From assembly GCF_006345805.1 (NCBI RefSeq), contig NC_043003.1, forward strand, positions 109,926,001-109,990,000: DNA of 64,000 nucleotides, written 5' to 3'. Under the pieces are notes generated by a model. It saw only the letters and a program-made list of their open reading frames with translations, had not been told where the DNA came from and did not search any database. The position numbers and the translations under genes are program-made. The DNA comes from Octopus sinensis (taxonomy: Eukaryota). This document shows, one piece after another, positions 42,986 through 56,168 of this stretch; position 1 is the first letter of the stretch; every line of letters starts with the position of its first letter.

Positions 42986-42995
42986 TGTTCATAAT

Positions 42996-43057
<62 letters not shown>

Positions 43058-43065
43058 TTATATAT

Positions 43066-43830
43066 ATAGGGAGAGTTTACGAAAAAAACAAAAGACGAAA
43101 ACAGGTGGTGTACTAAACAAACAGAGATATTAGTATAATGCTCAGGAATAGAAAAAGTATTTTACGTTTCGAGCCTAGGCTCTTCTACAGAAAGGGACAC
43201 AGAAAAAAATGTGTGTAGTGGCTAACGATCTATCATGGCGATATATATAGTTTTATTAAAATTAGTTTTAATCCTGCAATATAATCCGATTAATTGAATG
43301 AATGTATTTATTAATCTTTTACTTTTAAGTTATACCATGGAGACGGTAGGGATTATAATTTTTGCATGAGTTAAAGGATTAGGCGATCTTTAGTTGCGTA
43401 TTTAGGAGTGGTTGTTTATTTATTGAATTTATTTACCGATTCGGTTGTACTTAGGGCAAATGCGTTTGAAAGCTGTGGATTCTTTGGTATATTTGTCCTC
43501 AAACATTTTAATGCTGTTCACACAACCGGATTGAATGATACTGCCTAGGTATAGAAATCATAATGATATCCGTGGGGCAGCTGATGAGCGAGGTATGTTG
43601 GATTGTTAGTATGGCTGTTTTTGTATATGTGGAATAGTATTAAAACTTTTGACACACACACACACACGCACACATATATATATATTTATAGGGAGAGTTT
43701 AGGAAAAAAATCAAAAGACGAAGACAGGTGGTTTACAATACAAACATGTATTAGTATAACGCTCAGGAATAGAAAAAGTATTTTACGTTTCGAGCTTACG
43801 CTCTTCTACAGAAAGGGACACAGAAAAAAA
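43066..43830 (-). mobile_element. Pair of ~140 bp direct repeats (43066-43209, 43688-43830), Penelope pseudo-LTR-like, each with a hammerhead-like motif
   Basis: tagggagagttta.gaaaaaa..caaaagacgaa.acaggtgg...gctcttctacagaaagggacacagaaaaaaa occurs twice. Confidence 0.7.
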
Positions 43831-43951
43831 CAAGGAGAGAAACAAGGAGAGAAAAAAAGGAGAGAAAAAAGAAAGAAAAAATATATACATATATGTATAC
43901 ATACATATATATACATATATATGTATATATAGATGTGTATATATACATATG

Positions 43952-44014
<63 letters not shown>

Positions 44015-44017
44015 GTG

Positions 44018-44052
<35 letters not shown>

Positions 44053-44843
44053 GTAAGCGTGTGGTTTTGTATATCTATATATATATATATATACACATAT
44101 ATGTATATATATCGGTAACTAAATAAATACGTTAACTGCATAAACATACAGGCGTAGGTCTACACGGTAATCATTTAGGTTTTACGTTTGACTCTGTAAC
44201 TCAGTCGAGTCTGCTTAATGAAAAAAGACAAGTAAAAGTTTTCCTATAAAAATAGAGATTTAATAAATAACGAACATACGGACAGAGTCATGAAGATTAT
44301 AATACCTTTGTTATATTCACAAAGAAGTTAGATAGAACAATGAAATATTCTGGACCTCAGTATATAATAGTTGAATAAACACATTCAAAGTATACAAGAA
44401 GGTTTAATAATCAAATAACATATGTAGCATTTGAATTGAATAGAATATAATACAGTGTACAATAGACAATAGAAAATGTTATTTTTGAAAGTCTAGACGG
44501 AGGTAATGTGTTGTTTGGGAGACCCAGACTTGTGTCAAGGTTTGAAATTTGGACGTTCGATCAAAGCGAATATTTCCTTCGATCTGTAACAATGTACGTG
44601 TCGCAGTTGATATATGTTTTTCATATAACTTAAATTAAGTAACTTTGCGTTGGCGGGCAAATTGTGTTTACAATGGACAGTTCATGATACTTGGCAATAA
44701 GTGTGGAATGTAGCAGAAACCGTTCGAAGAACAAAAGATCCTATATAAAATGTCAACACCTTTACAGTTCTATATTTATGAGATGGGGCATTGTGTAAAT
44801 TATTTACACTTGACAGATATTCATCCTCCTCTTCTTTGTTGTT

Positions 44844-44889
44844 AACACAACGTTTCGGCTGATATACTCTCCAGCCTTCATCAGGTGCC
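44844..44889 (-). ncRNA. Minimal type I hammerhead ribozyme motif
   Basis: Reverse complement: GGCAC-CUGAUGA-a-GGCUG-gagaguauau-CAGCC-GAAAC-GUU-GUGUU; loopless palindromic stem III (AACGUU). Confidence 0.7.
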
Positions 44890-44946
44890 TTGGAGAAATT
44901 TCGAATCTGTTTTCTCATTCCTAGGTATTTTTCAATTTGATTATTA

Positions 44947-45027
<81 letters not shown>

Positions 45028-45055
45028 TATTATCATTATTATTATTATTATTATT

Positions 45056-45388
45056 GCCTTTGTACAGCTTCTAACGCTGAAGATGTACTACAGTGTCAGC
45101 TGTTCACTACCAGTGAACTAAGGTAACACTTCATAATTTTCGAGCACCTTCCGGAGTATTCGAGCGCTTCCAAGCAGTGCTGTATTCTGCACCCTTATTG
45201 CAGCCCGTATTTGTTTCTATGTACCTCTCGAGATTTTAGCTCACTGTTCCCAGGGCTACGACAATAATTGGTACTACTGCTACGTTTTTCATCGACCACA
45301 AATGCTTGACTTCCCAAGCAAACCTGTCATCTCTCTCGACTTTTCTTTCTTCCTTACCTCATACCTTGTTGTCAGCTGGGCATGCTAT
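45056..45388 (-). mobile_element. 3' end of an R4/Dong-type non-LTR retrotransposon inside a (TAA)n tract
   Basis: Minus strand: AWEVKHLWSMKNVAVVPIIVVALGTVS...QNTALLGSARILRKVLE, short 3'UTR, then (TAA)n at 44940-45055. Confidence 0.8.
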
Positions 45389-45424
45389 TCTTCTTCTTCT
45401 TCTTCTTCTTATTATTATTATTAT

Positions 45425-45468
<44 letters not shown>

Positions 45469-45479
45469 ATATTATTGTT

Positions 45480-45550
45480 CAGGTTACTGCCTGGAATCGA
45501 ACACGGAATCTTGGGTTGGTAACCCGCGCACTTAACCACTAGGCCTTGCG
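45480..45550 (-). mobile_element. Short tRNA-derived SINE head followed by a triplet-repeat tail
   Basis: Reverse complement ggcctagtggttaag (A box)...gttcgattcc (B box)...aggcagtaacctgaa, then (TAG)n/(TAA)n/(GAA)n. Confidence 0.6.
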
Positions 45551-45677
45551 TTAACTACAGCATTAGAGCATTTTTTTTTATTTCTAGCAATGTAAGTGTT
45601 TCTTAACACTTTAGTCACATTTAGTGACAATTGTAATTTTCGTTCTTCGCGAAACATTGCAACCGGTTGGTTACATT

Positions 45678-45825
<148 letters not shown>

Positions 45826-45852
45826 TATAATAAATGTAACCAACCGGTAATC

Positions 45853-46077
45853 AAGGCGGCGTGCTGGCAGAAACGTTAGCCCGCCGGGCGAAATGCTTAG
45901 CGGTATTTCGTCTGCCGTTACGTTCTGAGTTCAAATTCCGCCGAGGTAGACTTTGCCTTTCATCCTTTCGGGGTCGATAAATAAAGTACCAATTTCGCAC
46001 TGGGGTCGATGTAATCGACTTAATCCCTTTGCCTGTCCTTGTTTGTTCCCTCTATGTTTAGCTCCTTGTGGTAAGAA

Positions 46078-46080
<3 letters not shown>
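45853..46080 (+). mobile_element. Full-length tRNA-derived SINE (reference copy of the dominant family)
   Basis: aaggcggcgtgctggcagaaacgttagc head, gagttcaaattcc B box, gactttgcctttcatcctttcggggtcgataaat central domain, tail ...gtggtaagaaata. Confidence 0.85.
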
Positions 46081-46109
<29 letters not shown>

Positions 46110-46562
46110 ATGCGAGAGTGTGTATGTGAGTGTGTGTGTGTGCGTGTGTGTGTGTGTATGTGAGTGTGTGTGTGTGTGTGCGTGTGTATATCTGAATAAC
46201 GAATTAAAAGCAGCGCTACAGTTGTGAACATTATCGACCGCATAGACACAATGCACATGCTCTCCTTATTTGTCGATTCGCTGCGGGTAGCGCCTGGGTG
46301 ATAACTCACTCATTACGCTAGGTGTTAAAACATCTGAAAGTCACAGACAGACGACCAACTTCTCAGGGGTGCTGGATATCAAGTATGCGCTCTCGACAAT
46401 GCTTACATACACAAACACATACACATACATACATACATACATACATACACACATACACACACACGCACACACTCATACACACATATATACATATAGTTAT
46501 ACACACATAATATATACATGCATGCATACATATATACATATATATATATATATCTATATGTA

Positions 46563-46593
<31 letters not shown>

Positions 46594-46632
46594 ATCTATC
46601 TATCTATCTATCTATCTATATATATATATATA

Positions 46633-46932
46633 TTAACAATTGAGGATAAAATCTTTATAAGAAATTATCAGTAGTTAGCGTGAAAAACCTATATATATAT
46701 ATATATCTTGAGTTTGTTGCACTGATGAACATAAAATGCATATTCTGCATTAATTGCGAAATCACAGGTGATATGTAACTAAATTCTTTTTTTAAATGAT
46801 TTGCTTTGAAGTTTTGTATTCGGTAAAATTTTGTTTATGTTAGTAGTATTTTAGTAGCGTGTGGTATCTATGAATAATAGTACCCTCAATATAATATAAA
46901 TATATATATATATAATATATATATATATACAC

Positions 46933-47000
<68 letters not shown>

Positions 47001-47270
47001 TAACAATTGAGGATAAAATCTTTATAAGAAATTATCAGTAGTTAGCGTGAAAAACCTATATATATATATATATATATCTTGAGTTTGTTGCACTGATGAA
47101 CATAAAATGCATATTCTGCATTAATTGCGAAATCACAGGTGATATGTAACTAAATTCTTTTTTTAAATGATTTGCTTTGAAGTTTTGTATTCGGTAAAAT
47201 TTTGTTTATGTTAGTAGTATTTTAGTAGCGTGTGGTATCTATGAATAATAGTACCCTCAATATAATATAA
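46633..47270 (+). repeat. Essentially identical ~270 bp tandem duplication (46633-46899 and 47000-47270) separated by (TA)/(CA) microsatellite
   Basis: The units appear to differ only in internal (TA)n length. Confidence 0.95.
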
Positions 47271-47287
47271 TATATATATATATACAC

Positions 47288-47356
<69 letters not shown>

Positions 47357-47749
47357 ACACACACACACACATATATATATATGTATGTATGTATGTATAT
47401 GTGTAAAACTATTTATCTACATAGAATAGATAGACGTAATGGTTATATACATTTATTCATTTTCGTCTGGTATGAGTTTAAACACTGCCTCCCTCTGCTC
47501 AGCCATATCGAGCGAGTGTGGAATATTAGGCTCATTAAACTAGAATGATTTGAAACTCAAATTCACAGCCTCCACATCAGGACGTGGTTGGGTGGAGAGA
47601 ACATACTGAGGCCATCGTCCTGCAGTTGCCTGAAATCGGGTAATCCAAACCAATTCGATCCAATGCATTTATTTATTCATTATAAACTTACAGTTGTTTC
47701 AGATACGGGTTAAGATATTATTTCACGGTTCAATTGTATCAATCAATCT

Positions 47750-47827
47750 GTTGATCGACTAAAAATAAGGGGAACCGCCAGAATATTGCTTAGAGTGGCG
47801 GTTCCTTATATTTTTTAGGCGATCAAC
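47750..47827. ncRNA. Pre-miRNA-like hairpin (candidate)
   Basis: gttgatcg/cgatcaac, ctaaaaa/tttttag and ggaaccgcca/tggcggttcc pair around a 15-nt loop, giving a ~31 bp stem. Confidence 0.4.
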
Positions 47828-49659
47828 TGAGTGAATAAGACCGATGTTCAGATTTGGCCTCATTTATAAGATCGATATTAAAGGTGTCAAATTACGGCTG
47901 GTCTGAAACACAAATAATAACAACACCAATTACTTTAGCAGCCTTAAATGCAGTAGGTGCAGCAACAAAAATCACAAAACTAGCAGCAGCAACAAAAGTT
48001 GAAACACCTGCAACGATAACAACCACAATAGCAGTAACAAGATCAACCACAATACCAAAAGCAACGACAGAAGTAAGAGTAAGAGTAAGAGTAAGAAAAA
48101 CAGCAGATGTGGGATCAGAAGAACGCTCTCCTCCTTACCATCATCATCTGCATCAATAACGCCCTCTACAGCAGCGTTAGTAAGCATAACAGGATAAACA
48201 AGAAAAAAAAATGACAATAGCAACAACATCAACAATATCAAAAGAACAGTATGAAGAGCAGCAAGATGTGCACCAACAGCGGGAGTTTCAGTAGCAGCAA
48301 CAATAAGAACAACAAAAAAAGGAACAGCATTAGGACATTTAATTATATTTATTATTCAGTTTCTCATTAAACACTTATACTAAGATGGCAGATTGCATAA
48401 CAAGATAATTAGAAATGAATAAAAGAACAGAGTCCAAGGAAAAGTCGACGTCGTTGGTGAATATCGGCAGACATTATACTCCGAATGTTTGTGAGATTAG
48501 ATAAGTCTGTATACCGTGGGGAGAAAACATCAATAATGTTTCGTAAATGAAATTTCATCTGGGGGCCACCCGATCTCACGATTATGCTCTATTTGTTGTT
48601 TACTTTAATCCACCGTTCTGTTATGTAATTACTATATAATATACATAATACGAACCCCAGCAAAATTAAATTAATTAATACACAAGAATCTTTTAAATTC
48701 TCCTGGTATGCAATCAGTATTAAGTTGCATGCTTAGTAACTATTTTAGTAGCTTTAATGTTAAGAATCACTAACATCTGAAATCAATTGATACTAAGTAT
48801 CTAAGTACGCGTGTATGTAATTATATTGTATTTCCATTTTCGCGTGACAGAATGATATTTTGAAAAAACAACGAAAACACAGGACTTCTTGCTCACTGAA
48901 TATTTGACATCAAATGAGTTGTGTCGCGTTCTTAGTATCTATATTGGTGAATTTTTGAGTAAATAATCAAAAGGATATTCGACAAATTGTATATACGAAG
49001 GAAGCAAAATCAATGGCGCCATCAATTTTGCTGGTTGGATATGTCACGTGATTAGCTACCTTCACATTTACAACAGCAAGTGAGCTTATCGTACTCTTCG
49101 TATAACATAGAACAGCATGATAAGTTGAGTTAGTGTGAAGTATGGAAAATCTAATTTTCAGGTCCTTGTGCTTCATCTGAAAATGGGAAACAGATGAACA
49201 GTGGTGTTATCACAAGAGCAGTGAGTAAGAGAAGAATTACACAAAAGAGTCATAAAAATATAATTGTTAAAATAAATTTGAATACAATGCGTTAGCAAGA
49301 AAAGGTGCTTCGTGGGTATGAGCATATATAAATATATAATATGAAGTGTATCTAAAAATGTTTTATAGAACTTAAAGCTAACACTGAAAGTTACGAGATC
49401 TCGTATATTAATACGTCTACGTAAACAATGCGACTGAAGATAGATACATAGCTATTCATTGTATATGTGTATATGCTTATTTGACAAGTCATTTCACCTT
49501 GTACAACACCACATCAATCCCATTAGCTACCTACGAATACATTGCTTAAATATTCATTAAATTTAGCCGTGTAACACTATTGGGTAGACCTATTTACATG
49601 TTAAACGCATTCCTGGTAACAGGTACGTACATATTAATTGCTGGTAGGGACACCGGGCA

Positions 49660-50345
49660 TGCCTACAGATGTGTACCCCATTCTGATTTCGTTTCCTCAT
49701 AACTTTTTGAAAAAAGGCTATTTCTAAATGAGAGTTTCTACAAAGACGCTTCAGATAGAAAAAATTCGGATTATAGCATTATATATAGGGTGGGGTGAAG
49801 AGTTTCGGAAAATTCACAAGAGACGGCTTTCTTTACTCAAAAGTTTAAGATAAATAGGTAATTTTGAATGAAATTTTCTATAAATACCTTGCAGAGTAGA
49901 TTGCAATTATATCGGAATTTAATATTAGAAAAAAACCCCAGAAAAGAAAAGAAATTAGTGGGCTCGTACACATACATACTGACACGTGTCACATATCTGC
50001 AAAATAGAATTTGAAATTTCGAAAAAAAATGTGATCTATGTTAGGATGTTTGTGTGCATTTTCACTATTTTTCTGTTCACATCAAATTCCGATATAATCG
50101 AAAGTACTTGCAGAAAATTTCGTTAAAAAAGAATGCACACTTTTCTGAAAGTTATGAGGAAACAAAGCCAACTTGTATGAAATTCTCCAAAACTCCTCTT
50201 CCCAACATTTTCACGACAAATTCCAATATAATCGGAATCTGCACGATCTGAAGCATATTCGTAGAATTTTCATAAAAAAATATCCATTTTTCTGTAAGTT
50301 ATGAGGAAAAGAAGTCGGTGGTGGCGGGCACATATCTCTAGGAAT
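49660..50345. mobile_element. MITE-like element with long degenerate inverted ends
   Basis: tttcctcataactt...cttcagat...cggattata pairs with tataatcgg...atctgaag...aagttatgaggaaa. Confidence 0.6.
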
Positions 50346-50581
50346 TACCTACTAAATATATTTAAGGTTTATCAGTGAATACTGTGTCTTATTTTCTATT
50401 AGCAATGCGTTGTTTTCAGTCTTAAGGTTATCCACAGATTTTAAACACACACATACACACACCAGCACACACATACATACACCCCCACACATGTACACAC
50501 ACACACACACACCACACACACCACACATATATATATATATATATATAATATATATATATATATATAATATATATATATATA

Positions 50582-50991
50582 CAAGAGGAAGTCAACAATT
50601 ATCCGTACATATATTTATTGCGACACAGCCTTCTTTTCTTATTATTGGTACTCTTGTGGTAACGTGATCGAAGTTTGAGTCTGATCACGCCATTTTCTTT
50701 CTGGCATTACAGTCTAGCAGTCGGCACCAAAGAAGAACAAAGAGCAGTGAACCGAAAATGCCAATGGTGAACCGGTCCACCATTATCATCTCTCGTGTTT
50801 GCTGAACCCACTTCGTGTGTCACGCTTATAAGTCCACTTTTACACATCTCGATTGACTCATACACGCTTCTACGCAGTAGTGCACTCTCCCCGTACTGTG
50901 CTAGAAGCCTCCGATGAATTTCAACACCTGACCATAGAAATAAGAAAGATATGGTATGGCGAAAGTACGGATAATTTTTTCCTTCTCCTCG
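50582..50991 (-). mobile_element. Internally deleted mariner element with TIRs
   Basis: TA|caagaggaagtcaacaattatccgtac ... gtacggataattttttccttctcctcg|TA; minus-strand HTH remnant FLWSGVEIHRRLLAQYGESALLRRSVYESIEMCKSG. Confidence 0.8.
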
Positions 50992-51004
50992 TATATATAA
51001 CAAA

Positions 51005-51306
51005 GCAGGAAGTTGGAAAAGTTTTGGTGTTATTTATTCACTGATATATAGGTTTCATTTGCTAATAAAAATTATTAAGTCTTACATGCTACATAAACAT
51101 GTAAGAAATTCCCTATTATTAATTCTATAGACAGGTGAATAAATAATACAAAATTTACGTCTGGATGAAGGCCTTATATTCAGTTAGAATTTCTAACAGG
51201 AAATTCCTTACATGTTTATCTAACATGAAATATTTTGTAATTACTATTAGCAAATGAAACACGTGTAATGGTGAATAAATGATACTGAAAATTTACCAGC
51301 TCCCTG
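51005..51306. repeat. Imperfect fold-back (arms ~120 bp)
   Basis: tatttattcac...tttcatttgctaata...ataaacatgtaag pairs with cttacatgtttat...tattagcaaatgaaa...gtgaataaat. Confidence 0.75.
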
Positions 51307-53267
51307 TTTTCTTAATACAACAACGACAATATCTACATACCGGATTGTAATACTGGAATATGCAGATATACTTCAAGAGGCAACAGCTATGATTTTATCT
51401 TTCTAGGTCTGGGTATTTCTCAAATAGGAAATTCTTTACATGTCTATATGTTTTTGTGCGCTGTATGTCAGCTCAGATCAAGCAGATCTTAGATTCGAAA
51501 GGAACCGCTCAAAACAACTACATCGGTTACTGTATTTATTATTTGAGCTAGACCATACTTACGCCCAATCGTAGATTGATTCGAATTTGTATAACGTCAT
51601 TTACGGTGCAGTTTGAAAGTCAGCTCATCTACTAGTTCCAATCACCAGTCATATATTTTTTTATTCTCGAATTCACTTAAGTTTTATAGAGTTTGCTATT
51701 TTCTGAATACAGAAAAGAAGTATATAAAACGTAGAGCAAACAAACTACTAAATATTTTACCAAATAATCGTTGATTAACAGAATAAAAGAAAATAAAAAC
51801 CATTATAAAATTTTCTTTACTGGCTATTGTAAAATTTATCGATTTCAATATAACAATGCATGTTTGAAAATGCAATAGCATGATATGAAATAAGGCACAG
51901 CTTTTTGTAAACTAATATTAAGTGAATAAAACGTATGAAAACAACAAAATTCTATTGGATTGCATATATTCTGTGAATTAGCAATAACTAATTTGATAAT
52001 GAATAAATAATAAATAATTATATAAAACAACATTCGCTACAGTAATATTTCTGCTAATAGCTAACTAAAAGATTAGCCAAAAATTAATGCAAATTTTAAT
52101 TACCAATTTTAACACGTAATCAATATTGCTCGTATATTACTCATATATTTTGAAAAGCAATATAAATAGAACCATTGTTTTATTTTATAGATTAAATGGC
52201 ACTTTAATACAATGCTGGAGATTATTTGATTGTCTTATAACAGGGACACTGCCTGATTAAGAGTTGGTTGCTTGTAAGATGAAACATAGGCTTCTTAATA
52301 ATCCTTTCAATTTAAGTGTCATAATGCATTTTGTAGAAAGAAAACGCCTCTGCAAAATCCACTCAAATAGTTGGCCGAATCACGAGAAAAGCTACAAAGT
52401 GAAAAAAAATCCATTGCAACACGCAACCGACTCACGAATTATACTTGCTGTAATGATTCTGCAAAGAAGTGTTGCTAGACTTTGGGAAATATTGATTCTG
52501 CGAAAATTACAGACAATAGAATTTCTCGAAGAAGGTTATTAAAGAAACAAAATAAAATTCTTGTTGACTGAACTCTACAAATGCTGTTCAGAAACTAGAG
52601 CCTCGTGAAAATACATATAAAAATACAGACTCGCTTGTTGTTTAACTCTAGGTGAGTTCCGATCGAGCATAACTTTACGGCCAAAATCTTTCGTACTATG
52701 AAAATCTCAACTTATTTTTACGTATCTTTTTATTTTGTTTTACAATGGCCAGGTATAATTTGAAACTTCTCTTTTAAAAATTTTAAGTCTGTTATAATGT
52801 ATGATAAAGACGAATTTTAATGATATGTAGGATGGAAGTACTTTTATTATTGCCTTGAAGCTGATACCGTTTGGGACACCTCTCTAAATATACACATACA
52901 TAAATATGCGACATGCACGTACATACACACAAATATACATATATGTATGCGAATGTAGTTTACACGAAGAGGAAGTTAGGTTACTTGAAGAAGCATGTAG
53001 CTTACGTGAGGCATGATAATATGAACAAAAATAAGAAAATAATGCACAGTTTCAAGCAAAAAGGTCCACCAGCAAAACTGAGCAGAGTAAAGAAGATTAC
53101 CTAAGGTTATGAAACTTTTCTCTTTTCACATTGTCTTCTTTATGTTGTTATATATATCTACACATGACAACATAACACATACATAACTAATCAAATAATG
53201 AATAAATAATAAAAAGAAATAAATCAAACCCGCATTCGTTATAGAATATTTCTTCTAATAGCGAATA

Positions 53268-53610
53268 GTGAAGGCGCATGACTTTGTCACTAGTGTGTCC
53301 GGCTCACGATCATGAGGTAGTGAGTTCGAGTCCCGGACCGGGCTGCGTGTTGTGTCTTTGAGCAACACATTTTGTCTAACGTTGTTCCGGTTCACTGAGC
53401 TGTAGAAAGGAGTTACGACGTCACTGGTGCCAAGCTGTTTCGGTCTCTGCTTTCCCTTGGATACCATCGTTGGTGCGGAGAGGGGAGTTTGGTACGCATG
53501 GGTGACTGCTGTTCCTCCGTAAACGGCCTTGCGCGACTTGTGACTCGTAGGGTAACTTTCTAGGTGCAATCCCATTGTCATTCATGACCGAAAGGAGGTC
53601 TTTACCATTT
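53268..53610 (+). mobile_element. tRNA-derived CORE-like SINE
   Basis: gtgaaggcgcatg head shared with 33481; gagttcgagtcc B box; gttgtgtctttgagcaa. Confidence 0.7.
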
Positions 53611-53663
53611 ATATATATGTTTTTATATACTTCTACATATCTATGCATGTATATGTTTATATA

Positions 53664-53712
<49 letters not shown>

Positions 53713-53928
53713 TGACCTAGATGTATATACTGTATTATATTTTATTTTTTACTTGTTTCACTCATTAAAGTAAGGCAATGCTGTGGCACCCCATTGAAGG
53801 GTCTTAATGGAACAAATCGACGCCAGTACTAATCCCGGTACTGATTCTATCAGTAATTGTTGCTGAGCCGCTATGTAACGAGAACGTAAATAAATTAACA
53901 TCGGCTGTTAAGCGATGGTAAGAGGCAA

Positions 53929-53984
<56 letters not shown>

Positions 53985-54597
53985 CGGACTTCTTTGAATT
54001 TCCGTCTACCAGATTCACTGACAAGGCATTGACCAGTCTGGGGCTATAGCAGAAGATATATGCGCTGGTAGCCACTCAACATTCTAGAAATAACAGACTA
54101 GTCTCTCCTAAAACACCTCTGAAAATCTTTCATATTGATAGGATTGGACATGTTAAATATTGTAGTCATAAACTATTTCGAAAACACTGAACTTACTTTC
54201 ATCGTTGGTCAACTTGGTCGGGAATAGACTTGAGCTAAACAAGAACAGCAACAAAAATATCAGCAACATGAATATACACATATATGCATGATAGAAAAAA
54301 ACGCCGCAAAGTATTTTAACAGCAAAAACTGTATTCTTAAAACTAGTCACTTGGTAGTCAGATCAACAGAACATCTTTCTTTACTACGGCTATTGTGTTT
54401 CATTTCCCTAAGCCCACACATCTCTGAGTTAGAAATTTTCGCAGTTTAAAATATCAATCTTCTTGGTTTTCGGCGTCGAAAGTGTCTCCTGCAGATTTTT
54501 ACATTATAGAGATTTACAATAAGCATTAATCTTTTTGCTGTGGAAAGCACGTATACCCACTTTCACTACGTTTAGATTTGGGATGCAGTTTTATACA

Positions 54598-54997
54598 ACT
54601 AGTAGCAGTATCGTCCGGCGTTGCTCGGGTTTGTAAGGGAAATAACTATATAAGCATTTTTAGAGATGTAAAGTATAATAGCCATCTCAATATGGTTAAC
54701 CACAAAGTGTGTGGGGGGGTGTTACTGTAGCTTTTTACGTTCTGAGATCTAATAATAAATTTTTAGAGAGTTGCTTCCCTTATATATGCCAAAAATGCAT
54801 TAAAATGTGAAAAATTGATGGTAATTTTTTTAAAATCGTACACTCATCGTAGACGCGCGCTAATACCCAGAAGGGCTTGATATGAATCACGACTATAAGA
54901 TACCCGGTTTTGGTTAAACTGCACCGCAAAATGTGGGAGTAGTTAGGAATCTAATTCGTAAGAGACAGACAGCACACAACCTTACTTTTATATATAA
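54598..54997 (-). mobile_element. Non-autonomous Helitron-like element
   Basis: Minus strand starts tatatataaaag...tgtctgtc and ends cccgagcaacgccgg (hairpin-like)...CTAGT, the usual Helitron terminal layout. Confidence 0.6.
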
Positions 54998-55277
54998 CTA
55001 TGTATCTTTTGCTCATTGATGTCATGTTTAAAACTATTTTTGTTAAAAATATTTCTAGTCCATTGAGGGATTGCAACTTGCAGAAAATACAACTTCTATT
55101 TTGTTTCTGGTAGATACTTAACAACAATACTGGAATAACCATGAAATTCAATTTCGTTGCGAAAGGGTTAACTGTCACTCTTACCATATCTGTTAGACAT
55201 AACAATCACGAGCTTGCTACTGTCCTGATTAATATATACAAACACTTAATTACAGACAGACAGACATACACAAACAT

Positions 55278-55321
<44 letters not shown>

Positions 55322-55573
55322 TACTGTTCTAATTTTATCTTAGGTCCACTGTCCAGAAATCTTTCGGGAATGGATTAATCGAAGCAGGAGGACACACGTG
55401 GACGGAAAGTATCACTGAAGAGGTCACACATGAGTGACGAAAGATTTCCGGACAATAGACATATGATAAAAAAAGAACAGTAATAAACGAGGGAAGAACT
55501 AATATATAGTGCGTATGTTTATTTAGAAGACAAAAATGAAAAAAAGCAAAGAAAATGACCATACCAAAGTATA

Positions 55574-55636
<63 letters not shown>

Positions 55637-55855
55637 CGAGAGAGAGAGAGAGAGAAATAGTAAAAAGTGAAAAAACTACAGAAGGCTTGTTTTAGAAGGT
55701 TAAAAAATATATATTTGAGTCATTATGTCTGAAGAATGTTATAAATTTTTTTCATACAATGACAGTTTTTGAAGAAAGACCGGTTTCGCGTTCAGCTTTT
55801 CAAATTTCTTACATCGTTATATTCAACCACGTGCTTTCACACACCAACTTTCTCA

Positions 55856-55910
<55 letters not shown>

Positions 55911-56086
55911 GTATGTATATATATATACCTACATACATCCATATATACATACTCACACACACACACACACACATACACACACATATATATATATATATAA
56001 ATTTATAAATATATTTAATGTGGTTTTAGAGTCAAGATTTGACTGCTATTTTGAACGTGGTGGTATCTCTTAGATACCCTAAATTA

Positions 56087-56168
<82 letters not shown>

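Noticed and set aside
45480-45550. tRNA gene
   Set aside because: A and B boxes present but no proper acceptor stem or 7-nt anticodon loop; treated as a SINE head
47854-48241. Thr/Ala-rich mucin-like ORF and its Leu-rich antisense
   Set aside because: Decayed CAA/CAG/GTAAGA simple repeats; no splice or homology support
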